The notes under the pieces were generated by a model. That model was given only the letters and a program-made list of their open reading frames with translations. It had not been told where the DNA came from and searched no databases. 55,930 nt of DNA from positions 62,001 through 117,930 of IMG/VR virus record IMGVR_UViG_3300037419_002203, one strand, 5' to 3'. A program made the position numbers and the translations under genes. How positions within the stretch are numbered: position 1 is the first letter of the stretch; every line of letters starts with the position of its first letter. Positions 1 to 7,092 of this stretch are shown one piece after another. Source of the DNA: an uncultured virus (IMG/VR IMGVR_UViG_3300037419_002203). Its lineage: Duplodnaviria; Heunggongvirae; Uroviricota; Caudoviricetes.

Positions 1-2
1 CG

Positions 3-1181
3 GCGCAAGCCCACGGGCAGGCGATCGCCAAGCGTCCCAACCAGCTGCACGCGCACCGCTGGGGTGCCGCGGCCAAGGTGGCCGGTGCCGACCGCGTCAC
101 GCCCGGTATGCTGGAGATTCACCCCGAGGGCAACGTGGCCGCACGCCTCGCCCAGCTCTTCGACTGCGTGCCCGGTGCCACGGGCGGTTGGGCCGACCTG
201 GAGGGCCGCCAGCTGATGCTGCTGCGCCACCCGTTCATCCTGGGCTACGTGGTCACGATCGGGTTCAACGAGAACCTGACCAAGAACCTCACCCTGGTCA
301 ACCGCCTAGACGGCCGCCGCGCCACCGGCATGGACTTCGACGGTGATCAGGTGTTCCTGTTCGCCATCAAGAGCCGCATCATGGCGGCGATGATCGACGC
401 CGAGATCAAGGCGGTCGTGCCGGACAACGACGCCACCAAGCTCGTGCTGGGCAAGCCCTGCGAGGAGCCCGGCGGCGAGTGGTGGGGCGAGCTGTTGGAG
501 AAGTCCACCGAGCAGAAGCTCGATCAGAAGTTCACCAAGACCATCGGCGAGTGGATCAACTCCCACATCACGATGGGCGACTACGCCAACAAGTTCACGC
601 CCTTCGCGTACCGCATCAGCGACATCGGGGGTGCGATGGCTGCCGTGGGCATCCCTGGTGCGCGCGAGATGTCGCTGATCGGCGCCACGATCGAGGAGAC
701 CTTCTACCTGGGGCTGTCTGGCGGTCCCAAGGAGCTGGACGAGGCCATGGAGACCTGGTTCCGCAAGAAGATGAGCGCTGCCAACCAGCGCATCCTCTTC
801 GCGGGGCTGCGCACCGTGGTCAACCCGGACCTGCTCGCCAACGCGGATGTCCGCACGGCGATCGCCCGCGGGTCGGCCATCAACGGCGGTCGCTTCGACG
901 ACTGCGACCCGCAAGAGCTGCTGGTCCACACCGCCTTCCTGGTCGGTAAGGGCAAGCTCACCCTGGGCAGCGGCGTGCTGCTCGACCAGCTGGCCCTGAT
1001 CGCCAGCGAGCCGACGCTGTCGGCCGAGCTGCGCGAGTCGTTCGTCGCGCGGATGCTCTTCCACGCGGCGCGCAAGCTGCACCAGGTGGTGGGCAAGGGC
1101 AATCCCATCGTGGGCGAGACCCCGAGCGATGACTACGAGGCCGATGGCTTCGAGGAGTACACCTCCGACTTCGAGGAGTAA
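3..1181 (+). CDS. Two-barrel (double-psi beta-barrel) RNA polymerase, beta'-like/YonO-like catalytic region; 5' truncated by window edge
   Basis: Frame is open from base 3. LMLLRHP (RHP at 225-233) is followed by GMDFDGDQVFLF (DFDGD at 333-347), matching the order of the RpoC NRxP and NADFDGD motifs. Acidic C-terminal tail. Confidence 0.75.
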   Translation, partial: AQAHGQAIAKRPNQLHAHRWGAAAKVAGADRVTPGMLEIHPEGNVAARLAQLFDCVPGATGGWADLEGRQLMLLRHPFILGYVVTIGFNENLTKNLTLVNRLDGRRATGMDFDGDQVFLFAIKSRIMAAMIDAEIKAVVPDNDATKLVLGKPCEEPGGEWWGELLEKSTEQKLDQKFTKTIGEWINSHITMGDYANKFTPFAYRISDIGGAMAAVGIPGAREMSLIGATIEETFYLGLSGGPKELDEAMETWFRKKMSAANQRILFAGLRTVVNPDLLANADVRTAIARGSAINGGRFDDCDPQELLVHTAFLVGKGKLTLGSGVLLDQLALIASEPTLSAELRESFVARMLFHAARKLHQVVGKGNPIVGETPSDDYEADGFEEYTSDFEE

Positions 1182-1506
1182 GCCGGTCGATGCCCCAACT
1201 GGTCCGCCGGTTGGGGCGCCTGCGGCGCCGGTTGCCCCACCCGCCTTCCCCCGTTTGATCTTCTTTTGGTTGGCCCACCCTCTGACCCCCGTTTGGCGGT
1301 GGTGGGGTTGGGCTGGATGGACATCGGTTGGTCCACCTGGGCGGTTGTCCGGGTGGGCCAGTCGGACATCGGTTGCGCTGGCCGGGTGGCCGGGGCGGTT
1401 GCCAGTTGGCGATCGCCCCGGTTGGCCGGTTGGGGCGGTAGGACATTGGTTGTCCCCGTTGGCCCGTTGGGTCCGCTGGGACAGGGTTGACCAGAGCGGT
1501 TGACCC
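1182..1506. repeat. A-poor, strand-asymmetric intergenic array of GGTTG/NGTTG motifs
   Basis: About 15 NGTTG copies, including GGACATCGGTTG twice (1319, 1364) and GGACATTGGTTG (1441). No credible ORF. Confidence 0.7.
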
Positions 1507-1583
1507 CGGCTGTCGCTTGCACTCCTACGCTGGAGTGAGCGGCACCACAGACAGGCACGACCCGTGCCAAGGAGACCATTCCC

Positions 1584-2105
1584 ATGACCACTCGTGTGAC
1601 GAACGTCAAGCGCGACGAAGAGCAGCCCACCGAGGGCGCGACCCCGGAGACCACGGCCGAAGCCAAGACCGAAGTGGTCGCTTCCGACGAGTTCCCGGTC
1701 CAGGGCCGCATCGCGGTGCGCGGCGACGGTGGCCCGCAGGCCAGCTACAACCTCCTGGTGCTCAGCACCGAGTCGGTCTTCGCGCTGGAAGCGCTCAAGG
1801 CCGAGTACCCCGACATGGAGTTCACCGACAACCAGGGCCAGCCCTGGATGCAGGTGACCATCGACCCGGCCGGTAAGGCCAAGCTGCGTCAGGCTGCCCG
1901 CCAGGGCGCCACCAAGCTCGTGGTCGAGGGCATCGTGACGGTGGTCGACCTCGTCAACGGCAAGCCGCAGGGCTTCATGCGCGTCACCAGCGCGCGTGCG
2001 GCGACGCTCAAGGACGGCGGCCGGGTCATCCAGCGCGAGAGCCGCGAAGCGGCGCCCGTGGCTTCGATGCCCGCGTTGAGCCTGCGTCGCCAGGCTCGCG
2101 CCTAA
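1584..2105 (+). CDS. Hypothetical protein, possible OB-fold nucleic-acid-binding protein
   Basis: AAGGAG SD, strongly biased codons, acidic disordered N-terminus followed by a beta-strand pattern. Confidence 0.75.
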   Translation: MTTRVTNVKRDEEQPTEGATPETTAEAKTEVVASDEFPVQGRIAVRGDGGPQASYNLLVLSTESVFALEALKAEYPDMEFTDNQGQPWMQVTIDPAGKAKLRQAARQGATKLVVEGIVTVVDLVNGKPQGFMRVTSARAATLKDGGRVIQRESREAAPVASMPALSLRRQARA

Positions 2106-2120
2106 CCCGTTGACGACCTG

Positions 2121-2148
2121 CTGGGAGCTAGCGTAAGCTAGCTCCCGG
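2121..2148 (+). other. GTAA-capped stem-loop (3' stabiliser or terminator without U tract)
   Basis: CTGGGAGCTAGC-GTAA-GCTAGCTCCCGG. Confidence 0.7.
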
Positions 2149-2170
2149 TTCTGCCGAAAGGAGCCGATCG

Positions 2171-2338
2171 GTGCCTAACACCGTGACCAACAACGCGCCG
2201 CACCCCGTGAAGTCCAACGACGACGTGTTCACGCAGAGTGCGCAAATCGACAGCCTGTGCCAGTCCCAGATCTTCCAGGTCTGCATGGCCCAGGTCAACT
2301 GCACCACCTGCCCCGGCAAGATGGTGTGCCCGCTGTGA
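2171..2338 (+). CDS. Small Cys-rich protein (55 aa) ending CTTCPGKMVCPL
   Basis: GTG start after GCCGAAAGGAGCC; stop overlaps the next start (GTGA); too short for the ORF track. Confidence 0.6.
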   Translation: MPNTVTNNAPHPVKSNDDVFTQSAQIDSLCQSQIFQVCMAQVNCTTCPGKMVCPL

Positions 2339-2934
2339 GGCACGCGGGCTGGGCCGTGGTGGGATTGGCCTTCTTCGGACTCACGTTCGCCGTGGGTCAC
2401 CAACCCGTTGCCCAGCCCACCCACTGGGTCCAGGGCAACGACCTGCTCGACGAGCACAGCACCCACGGCGAGGGCAACCTCCAAGCCGTGCGCGGTACCG
2501 TGGACCGGGTGGGCACCAAGGTGACGGGCAGCCGCACCATCCACCTGATTGCCGATGATGGTGCGCCCATCCTGATCAGCGTACCACCCACCGTAAGCGT
2601 GCGGATGCCCAAGAGCGGCGATCGCATCGGCGTGGTGGGCAGCGTCATCACGCCCGGCACGCTCACCCTCAACGGTCGCGACCAGCTGCAGTTCCTGCCG
2701 CCCGCCACCAACAGCTCGCGCCGTCGCGAGTACTTCGCCCAGCTGGAGAACATCGAACGTCTCCCGTCGGGTGCGCACCGCGCCACGGTGGTGGGCGTGC
2801 ACGGCGAGTTCGTGACGACCGCCCTGATTCAGGCTGGCATCGCGATTCCCCACAAGAAGTGGGCCGACTCCGGCTACATGATGAAGGGCTACGTCGGCAG
2901 CGACGGCACCTACGTGGTGGAGTCGCTGGAATGA
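2335..2934 (+). CDS. Membrane-anchored or exported protein, possible OB fold
   Basis: N-terminal hydrophobic segment; GTVDRV...GDRIGVVG pattern; ATGA overlap with next gene. Confidence 0.6.
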   Translation: MRHAGWAVVGLAFFGLTFAVGHQPVAQPTHWVQGNDLLDEHSTHGEGNLQAVRGTVDRVGTKVTGSRTIHLIADDGAPILISVPPTVSVRMPKSGDRIGVVGSVITPGTLTLNGRDQLQFLPPATNSSRRREYFAQLENIERLPSGAHRATVVGVHGEFVTTALIQAGIAIPHKKWADSGYMMKGYVGSDGTYVVESLE

Positions 2935-4169
2935 TCGCCCTCGTCCTGGCCGCGGCCTTCGGTACGCTCGCAGGACTGCTGTCCGCGCTGCCGGGGCTGC
3001 ACATCTCCATCCTGCTCATCGGGGCGTTGCCCCTGCTGGGTGTCAACGGGCCAGTGGGTGCCGTGGTGTTGGTCACGGCCATCGGATCGGGGCTGATCGC
3101 GAGCAACCTCGCCAAGACCTTTCACCCGGCCACGGCCGACACCATCCGCTCGGCCACACCCGAGCAAATTCTTGCATATCGGGGGGACGGTCTCAAAGCG
3201 GTGGGCATCCAGCATCAGGCGGTGTGGGCAGGCGTCCTCACCGTTCTGATGCTGGCCGCTGTTTTGCTGCCGTTGCGCACCCTGATCGGGACCGGTTTCG
3301 CTGCCGTGATCACCACGGTCACCGGCTGGTTGGTCCTGCCCCTGTTGCTCCTGTTCACGGGGCTGGTCGTGCGCCAGGCGAAGCACAAGCTTCCCACGGT
3401 GGCGGTCATCATCCTGGCAACAGGGCTGGGGTTCTACACCCTCAACTGTGCTGCCCTCACGGGCAACCACAACGCGCTCGCCCCTCTTTTGGGTGGCGGC
3501 TTCGCGCTTCCCGCGCTTGCGATGGTCGTGCTCCATCGCGGAAGGGTCCAACCCTTCCCCAAACAGCGTGTGGTCAACAGCGCTGCGAAGCCTGCCCCCG
3601 AACAAGTGTGGGGCGCGCTCGGTGGGATCGCGACGGCGCTGACCGCGGGCTTGGGCTCCGGCGGCGCCGTCTCGGTCTTCGCCGACCAGGTCAACCACGA
3701 AGAGTACCTGGGCATGCACACCGCATCGGAAGCCGCGAACCATGTGTTCGCCGTGCTCCTCTTCATCCTGGTTGGGACGACCCACTCGGGTACCGGCGTT
3801 GCCTTGCGGCAACAACTGGTGAGTCCCGGCCTCGCCATGAGCTTGCTGCTCCTCGTCGCGCTGGCGTTGAGCACGTTCGTGGCGCACTACGTTGCACAAC
3901 AAGTAGTAGGGAGGTACGTCTCATGCATTGGTAGGATTCCCCAACGGTCGGCCGCGATGGTCATCACCGTTGTGACCTTGGCACTGCTCTTCACCGAGAC
4001 CGGCCTGGCAGGGATCGCTGTTGCGATCGCCGCTGCCGCGTTGGGCTGGTGTGCCAAGACAAACTTCGTTCCGAACCAGGCGATGACTTTCACCCTGACG
4101 GGTCCGGTCCTCGTCTACCATCTGGGTCTCTCTGGTTGGTTGGCATCGCTGCTGCACGTTCTTCACTAG
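2931..4169 (+). CDS. TctA/DUF112-like multi-pass membrane protein
   Basis: N-terminal GTLAGLLSALPGLH motif typical of TctA/DUF112; many hydrophobic helices. Confidence 0.6.
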   Translation: MIALVLAAAFGTLAGLLSALPGLHISILLIGALPLLGVNGPVGAVVLVTAIGSGLIASNLAKTFHPATADTIRSATPEQILAYRGDGLKAVGIQHQAVWAGVLTVLMLAAVLLPLRTLIGTGFAAVITTVTGWLVLPLLLLFTGLVVRQAKHKLPTVAVIILATGLGFYTLNCAALTGNHNALAPLLGGGFALPALAMVVLHRGRVQPFPKQRVVNSAAKPAPEQVWGALGGIATALTAGLGSGGAVSVFADQVNHEEYLGMHTASEAANHVFAVLLFILVGTTHSGTGVALRQQLVSPGLAMSLLLLVALALSTFVAHYVAQQVVGRYVSCIGRIPQRSAAMVITVVTLALLFTETGLAGIAVAIAAAALGWCAKTNFVPNQAMTFTLTGPVLVYHLGLSGWLASLLHVLH

Positions 4170-4429
4170 ACACCTCAACCTGTGGACGGACTTCTTGTAA
4201 GAGACCGACGGGCGGTTGCGTGAGACAGATTCAGCATCCACCACACAGCGCTATGCGCGAGACCAGGAGCACGTAACAACAGGTGCTCTCCAAATGGCTG
4301 TGCAAGCACGGTGAGATGCCGTGCAACCTTGGTTGGGTGGTTGGGTAGGTTGGGCCGTGGTTGGCCTCTTGTAGGGCGATCCCATCGGAGGGGTCGGCCA
4401 CGCGGCGAGATGCCGTTACGGGAGACACC

Positions 4430-4819
4430 ATGACCAACCAGCAACCCTTCATCCCGGCGGTGTTGGTAAACACTGCCAAGCTGCGCGAGTTAGCTCTTGA
4501 GCGAGCTGGCACAGTTGCCGATCAGCCGGTGACCCTGCTCGAACGAGTGGTGGTTGCGATCTTGGTGAACCGAGAAGTCAAGAGCCCGACGCATCCCTTG
4601 ATGGATACCATGCGCGAGGACTTGCAGACCTGGAACATCCCCAAGTACACGGCCCTGGTGGGTTGGTTGGCTCCCTACTCGCTGGTCTCCCAGTACCCGT
4701 CTGCGGTCAGCCGCGTTGCCCAGTACCTGCTAGGCACGACACGGGATCTGGAGCACGCCAGCATCGACTGGGAAGCCGTCCGGTACCACTACCCTCAACT
4801 CAAGCCGCCCATCTGGTAG
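4430..4819 (+). CDS. Hypothetical protein
   Basis: GGAG SD and ATG. Confidence 0.65.
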   Translation: MTNQQPFIPAVLVNTAKLRELALERAGTVADQPVTLLERVVVAILVNREVKSPTHPLMDTMREDLQTWNIPKYTALVGWLAPYSLVSQYPSAVSRVAQYLLGTTRDLEHASIDWEAVRYHYPQLKPPIW

Positions 4820-4875
4820 GTGGGCGCACTTGTCACGTCGGTTACATCCCTCCGATGCTCGAAAGGAGCTACCCC

Positions 4876-5436
4876 ATGACCACGCGTTCCACCCGCACCG
4901 CCAACACCGGCACCGAGATCGTCAAGGAGTCGGCCGAGAACATCGAGGCTGCCCCTGCCACCGACGGCCAGGTTGCCGCCACCGAGAAGGACGCCGAGAA
5001 GAAGGCGCCCGGCCCCAACGCCTACGTGGGCAACATCATGCACCTCAAGCGCGAGACCAAGTCCACCGGCAAGGCGTACGCCTTGGTGATGGTGCGCTTC
5101 GTCAACGGCCAGGAGATCGCGCAGAAGGCCGTGCAGGTCTTCCCGCGCACCGAAGGCTTCACCAGCCAGGTCGGCGACATGTTCGGCTTCGAGGCCAAGC
5201 GCCTCGTGGAAGCCTACGACAACGACGACAAGCCGATGAAGCTGGAGGACGGCACGCCCGTCTACCGCGCGTCCGGCGTGGGTCCCGAGCTGAAGCACTT
5301 CACGGTGCGGGCGACCGGCAAGGCCGCCAGCGTGGAGCCGACCGGCGAGATCAAGTCCAACGGCTTGCGCGAGCGCCTGGCGAAGGCGTCCCCGCTCATG
5401 GCCAAGTTCTTGGGCGTCAAGTTCGAGAACTCGTAA
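4876..5436 (+). CDS. Hypothetical protein, possible OB-fold nucleic-acid-binding protein
   Basis: GAAAGGAG SD, biased codons, starts MTTR with acidic leader like 1584-2105. Confidence 0.75.
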   Translation: MTTRSTRTANTGTEIVKESAENIEAAPATDGQVAATEKDAEKKAPGPNAYVGNIMHLKRETKSTGKAYALVMVRFVNGQEIAQKAVQVFPRTEGFTSQVGDMFGFEAKRLVEAYDNDDKPMKLEDGTPVYRASGVGPELKHFTVRATGKAASVEPTGEIKSNGLRERLAKASPLMAKFLGVKFENS

Positions 5437-5446
5437 GCTCCACCTT

Positions 5447-5476
5447 GAGTAGGGTCGTGGTAACATGACCCTACTC
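5447..5476 (+). other. GTAA-capped 13-bp stem-loop before the tRNA-like array
   Basis: GAGTAGGGTCGTG-GTAA-CATGACCCTACTC. Confidence 0.7.
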
Positions 5477-5486
5477 TCCTCTTCAA

Positions 5487-5558
5487 GCCTGGCGAGTCAG
5501 TGAGGAACGACATGCGGTTGAAACCCGCAGGGACCACGTTCGAGTCGTGGGCCAGGCA
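5487..5558 (+). tRNA. tRNA-Phe(GAA)-like, atypical D arm, no encoded CCA
   Basis: Acceptor GCCTGGC/GCCAGGC; anticodon stem TGCGG/CCGCA with loop TTGAAAC; T arm CCACG-TTCGAGT-CGTGG. Confidence 0.75.
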
Positions 5559-5561
5559 CTA

Positions 5562-5620
5562 GATCACTCTGTACCAACTAATCTCCTTCGGGAGGGCAGG
5601 TGGGCTCCTACAGAGTGGTC
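5562..5620 (+). ncRNA. Unassigned long hairpin RNA between tRNAs
   Basis: GATCACTCTGTA/TACAGAGTGGTC basal stem; apical CTCC-TTCG-GGAG. Confidence 0.5.
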
Positions 5621-5629
5621 GACCTTCAT

Positions 5630-5705
5630 GGGTAGGTGGTCCAGTAAGCAGGACGCGAGTGTGAAAAGCTCGGGGCACCGTGTGCAATTCCGGTCCTACC
5701 CACCA
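5630..5705 (+). tRNA. Degenerate tRNA-like gene, anticodon GAA, bulged T stem, encoded CCA
   Basis: GGGTAGG/CCTACCC-A-CCA; D stem GTCC/GGAC; anticodon stem CGAGT/GCTCG with loop GTGAAAA; T arm ACCG(T)G-TGCAATT-CCGGT. Confidence 0.65.
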
Positions 5706-5708
5706 TTT

Positions 5709-5782
5709 CCTCGGGACGCCGATGGTCGGCAGGCGCTACCAGAACATGCGCCCTCTAGGTGGTTCGATTCCATCCCCGAGGA
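5709..5782 (+). tRNA. tRNA-like gene with 11-nt anticodon loop (undetermined isotype)
   Basis: CCTCGGG/CCCGAGG; D stem GCCG/CGGC; anticodon stem GGCGC/GCGCC with loop TACCAGAACAT; T arm GGTGG-TTCGATT-CCATC. Confidence 0.65.
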
Positions 5783-5796
5783 CTTACACAACTCAC

Positions 5797-5967
5797 GGGC
5801 GTGTCAGCACCCTATCCGGCGGGTGCACCCGTGTCGTGACCCTAGCAGGATGACACCCTACGAAGGTCTAAGCTACACTGTCCCAGGCGGTGTGAAAGCC
5901 GTGTTCTGGGGTGTTAACAGCGTAGTGATGGCACGGGAGGTGGCGGGTTCAAATCCCGTCGCGCCCA
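5797..5967 (+). ncRNA. tRNA-like scaffold with ~90-nt structured insertion in the anticodon arm
   Basis: Acceptor GGGCGTG/CGCGCCC; 6-bp D stem GCACCC/GGGTGC; 10-bp stem 5828-5837/5928-5937; T arm GCGGG-TTCAAAT-CCCGT. Confidence 0.7.
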
Positions 5968-5976
5968 CCCCTTTCT

Positions 5977-6123
5977 CTGGAAGTAGCTCAGCGGTAGAGC
6001 ACGCGCATTTCGCCCATAGCTCAGTGGTAGAGCGCGCCCCAGTGAGGGGTGAGGTCCCCGGTTCGAATCCGGGTGGGCGAGCCAACGGCGCGCGGGGCGG
6101 TGGTTCAAGTCCATCCTTCCAGA
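5977..6123 (+). tRNA. Outer tRNA-like gene interrupted in its anticodon loop by a complete tRNA
   Basis: 5' half CTGGAAG-TA-GCTC-AGCGGTA-GAGC-A-CGCGC (5977-6006); 3' half GCGCG...GGTGG-TTCAAGT-CCATC-CTTCCAG-A (6088-6123). Confidence 0.75.
6010..6084 (+). tRNA. Inner nested tRNA, anticodon GTG (His-like but A33 and no G-1), encoded CCA
   Basis: TCGCCCA/TGGGCGA-G-CCA; canonical TAGCTCAGTGGTAGAGC D arm; loop CAGTGAG; T arm CCCGG-TTCGAAT-CCGGG. Confidence 0.8.
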
Positions 6124-6130
6124 CCTTCCT

Positions 6131-6204
6131 CCACGAGATGTCCGACGGTCGGGCGCGCCAGTTGCACTTTGGCGTCTTAGGTGGTTCGATTCCATCCTCG
6201 TGGA
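6131..6204 (+). tRNA. tRNA-Cys(GCA)-like with 9-nt anticodon loop (or 6-bp stem)
   Basis: CCACGAG/CTCGTGG; anticodon stem CGCCA/TGGCG with loop GTTGCACTT; T arm identical to 5709-5782. Confidence 0.65.
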
Positions 6205-6212
6205 CTACTGAC

Positions 6213-6250
6213 AGGGGACATGTGCCAGTGACACATGTCCCCTTTGTTTT
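6213..6250 (+). terminator. Intrinsic terminator ending the tRNA-like array
   Basis: AGGGGACATGTG-N7-CACATGTCCCCT followed by TTGTTTT. Confidence 0.8.
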
Positions 6251-6454
6251 TCCGGCGGCGCGCCATCGATACAGTCACGACCTGTGCCAGTGTCACTGGT
6301 GCAGCGATGGGCTTCTTTTGTGTGGCTTCGAGCCTTTAATGTGCTTCTAGCGTGCATCTACAGGCTCGATCCGTGTCAGAAGAGAGCCATTACTGCAGGG
6401 ATGGGCTAGTGTCATTTGACACTAGCTTTGGCACTGCCAAGTATGGTAGACTCG

Positions 6455-6490
6455 AAAAAGAAGAGCGATCCCGTTGCCGCGGGATCGCTC
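6455..6490 (-). terminator. Putative minus-strand intrinsic terminator
   Basis: GAGCGATCCCG/CGGGATCGCTC stem preceded by an A run on the plus strand. Confidence 0.5.
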
Positions 6491-6519
6491 GGTGACAGAA
6501 CCTACCTCGGACGAACAAG

Positions 6520-7092
6520 GTGACCTTGATGCTACCACAGAACAACAGGGGTGACAAGCCCTATGACGTTCCACGGAACCTGCAGTCCAACTACACCAAC
6601 ATCCACTGGGACAAGTTGCCTCCGGGAGCTGTGGCGGTGTTGTCACTGGGTAGTGACACTGCTAACTTCGAGACGTTGTACTACTTGGCAGCGTGTATGG
6701 CACGTCTACCAGGTCGACACCGACCCCGTGTCGAAGCTGCATTGGATCTTTGGGTAGCGGGCAACAAACGCCTCGAACCCCTAGTGACACCTGCAGTACG
6801 TCGTGCGTTCGAGACGGTCTTCGCCAACAGCAAAGGAGCACCCCCTGTGTCCAAGAATCTCACCGCTAATGAGAAACGTATATTCGCGGCCCTGACTAAT
6901 CTTCAGCCATCGCCCCACGAGATCTTCGAGGTTAGCTATAAGCAAATCGCGGAAGAATCTGGTGTTCCCATAAGGAGCGTGATTAGGTCCGTCAAGAAGA
7001 TGGCAGAGGTGCGGGGTGCCATCGAGATGGCTCCACCAGAACCCGGTAATCCGCACGCCAGCAACGCTTACAGGATTCCCGAGGAAAAGTAG
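6520..7092 (+). CDS. Winged helix-turn-helix protein (replication-initiator/HTH_36-like)
   Basis: LTANEKRIFAAL...VSYKQIAEESGVPIRSVIRSVKKM...NAYRI; codon usage more AT-rich than neighbours. Confidence 0.65.
   Translation: MTLMLPQNNRGDKPYDVPRNLQSNYTNIHWDKLPPGAVAVLSLGSDTANFETLYYLAACMARLPGRHRPRVEAALDLWVAGNKRLEPLVTPAVRRAFETVFANSKGAPPVSKNLTANEKRIFAALTNLQPSPHEIFEVSYKQIAEESGVPIRSVIRSVKKMAEVRGAIEMAPPEPGNPHASNAYRIPEEK

Noticed and set aside
1182..1506. CRISPR array or Pro-rich coding repeat
   Set aside because: Repeat units are only 5-12 nt with irregular spacing, and the ORFs across the tract lack RBS and codon bias.
5559..5629. tRNA-associated theta (HDV-like) or hammerhead ribozyme
   Set aside because: Could not build the nested double pseudoknot or find the CUGAUGA/GAAA core by eye; left as an unassigned hairpin.
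5797..5967. tmRNA or group I intron interpretation
   Set aside because: No G3-U70 alanine identity pair, a paired D stem is present, and the ~90-nt insert is too short for a tag ORF with pseudoknots or for a group I core.
5547..6350. 267-aa ORF across the tRNA-like array
   Set aside because: No RBS or codon bias; the sequence is fully explained by RNA structures.
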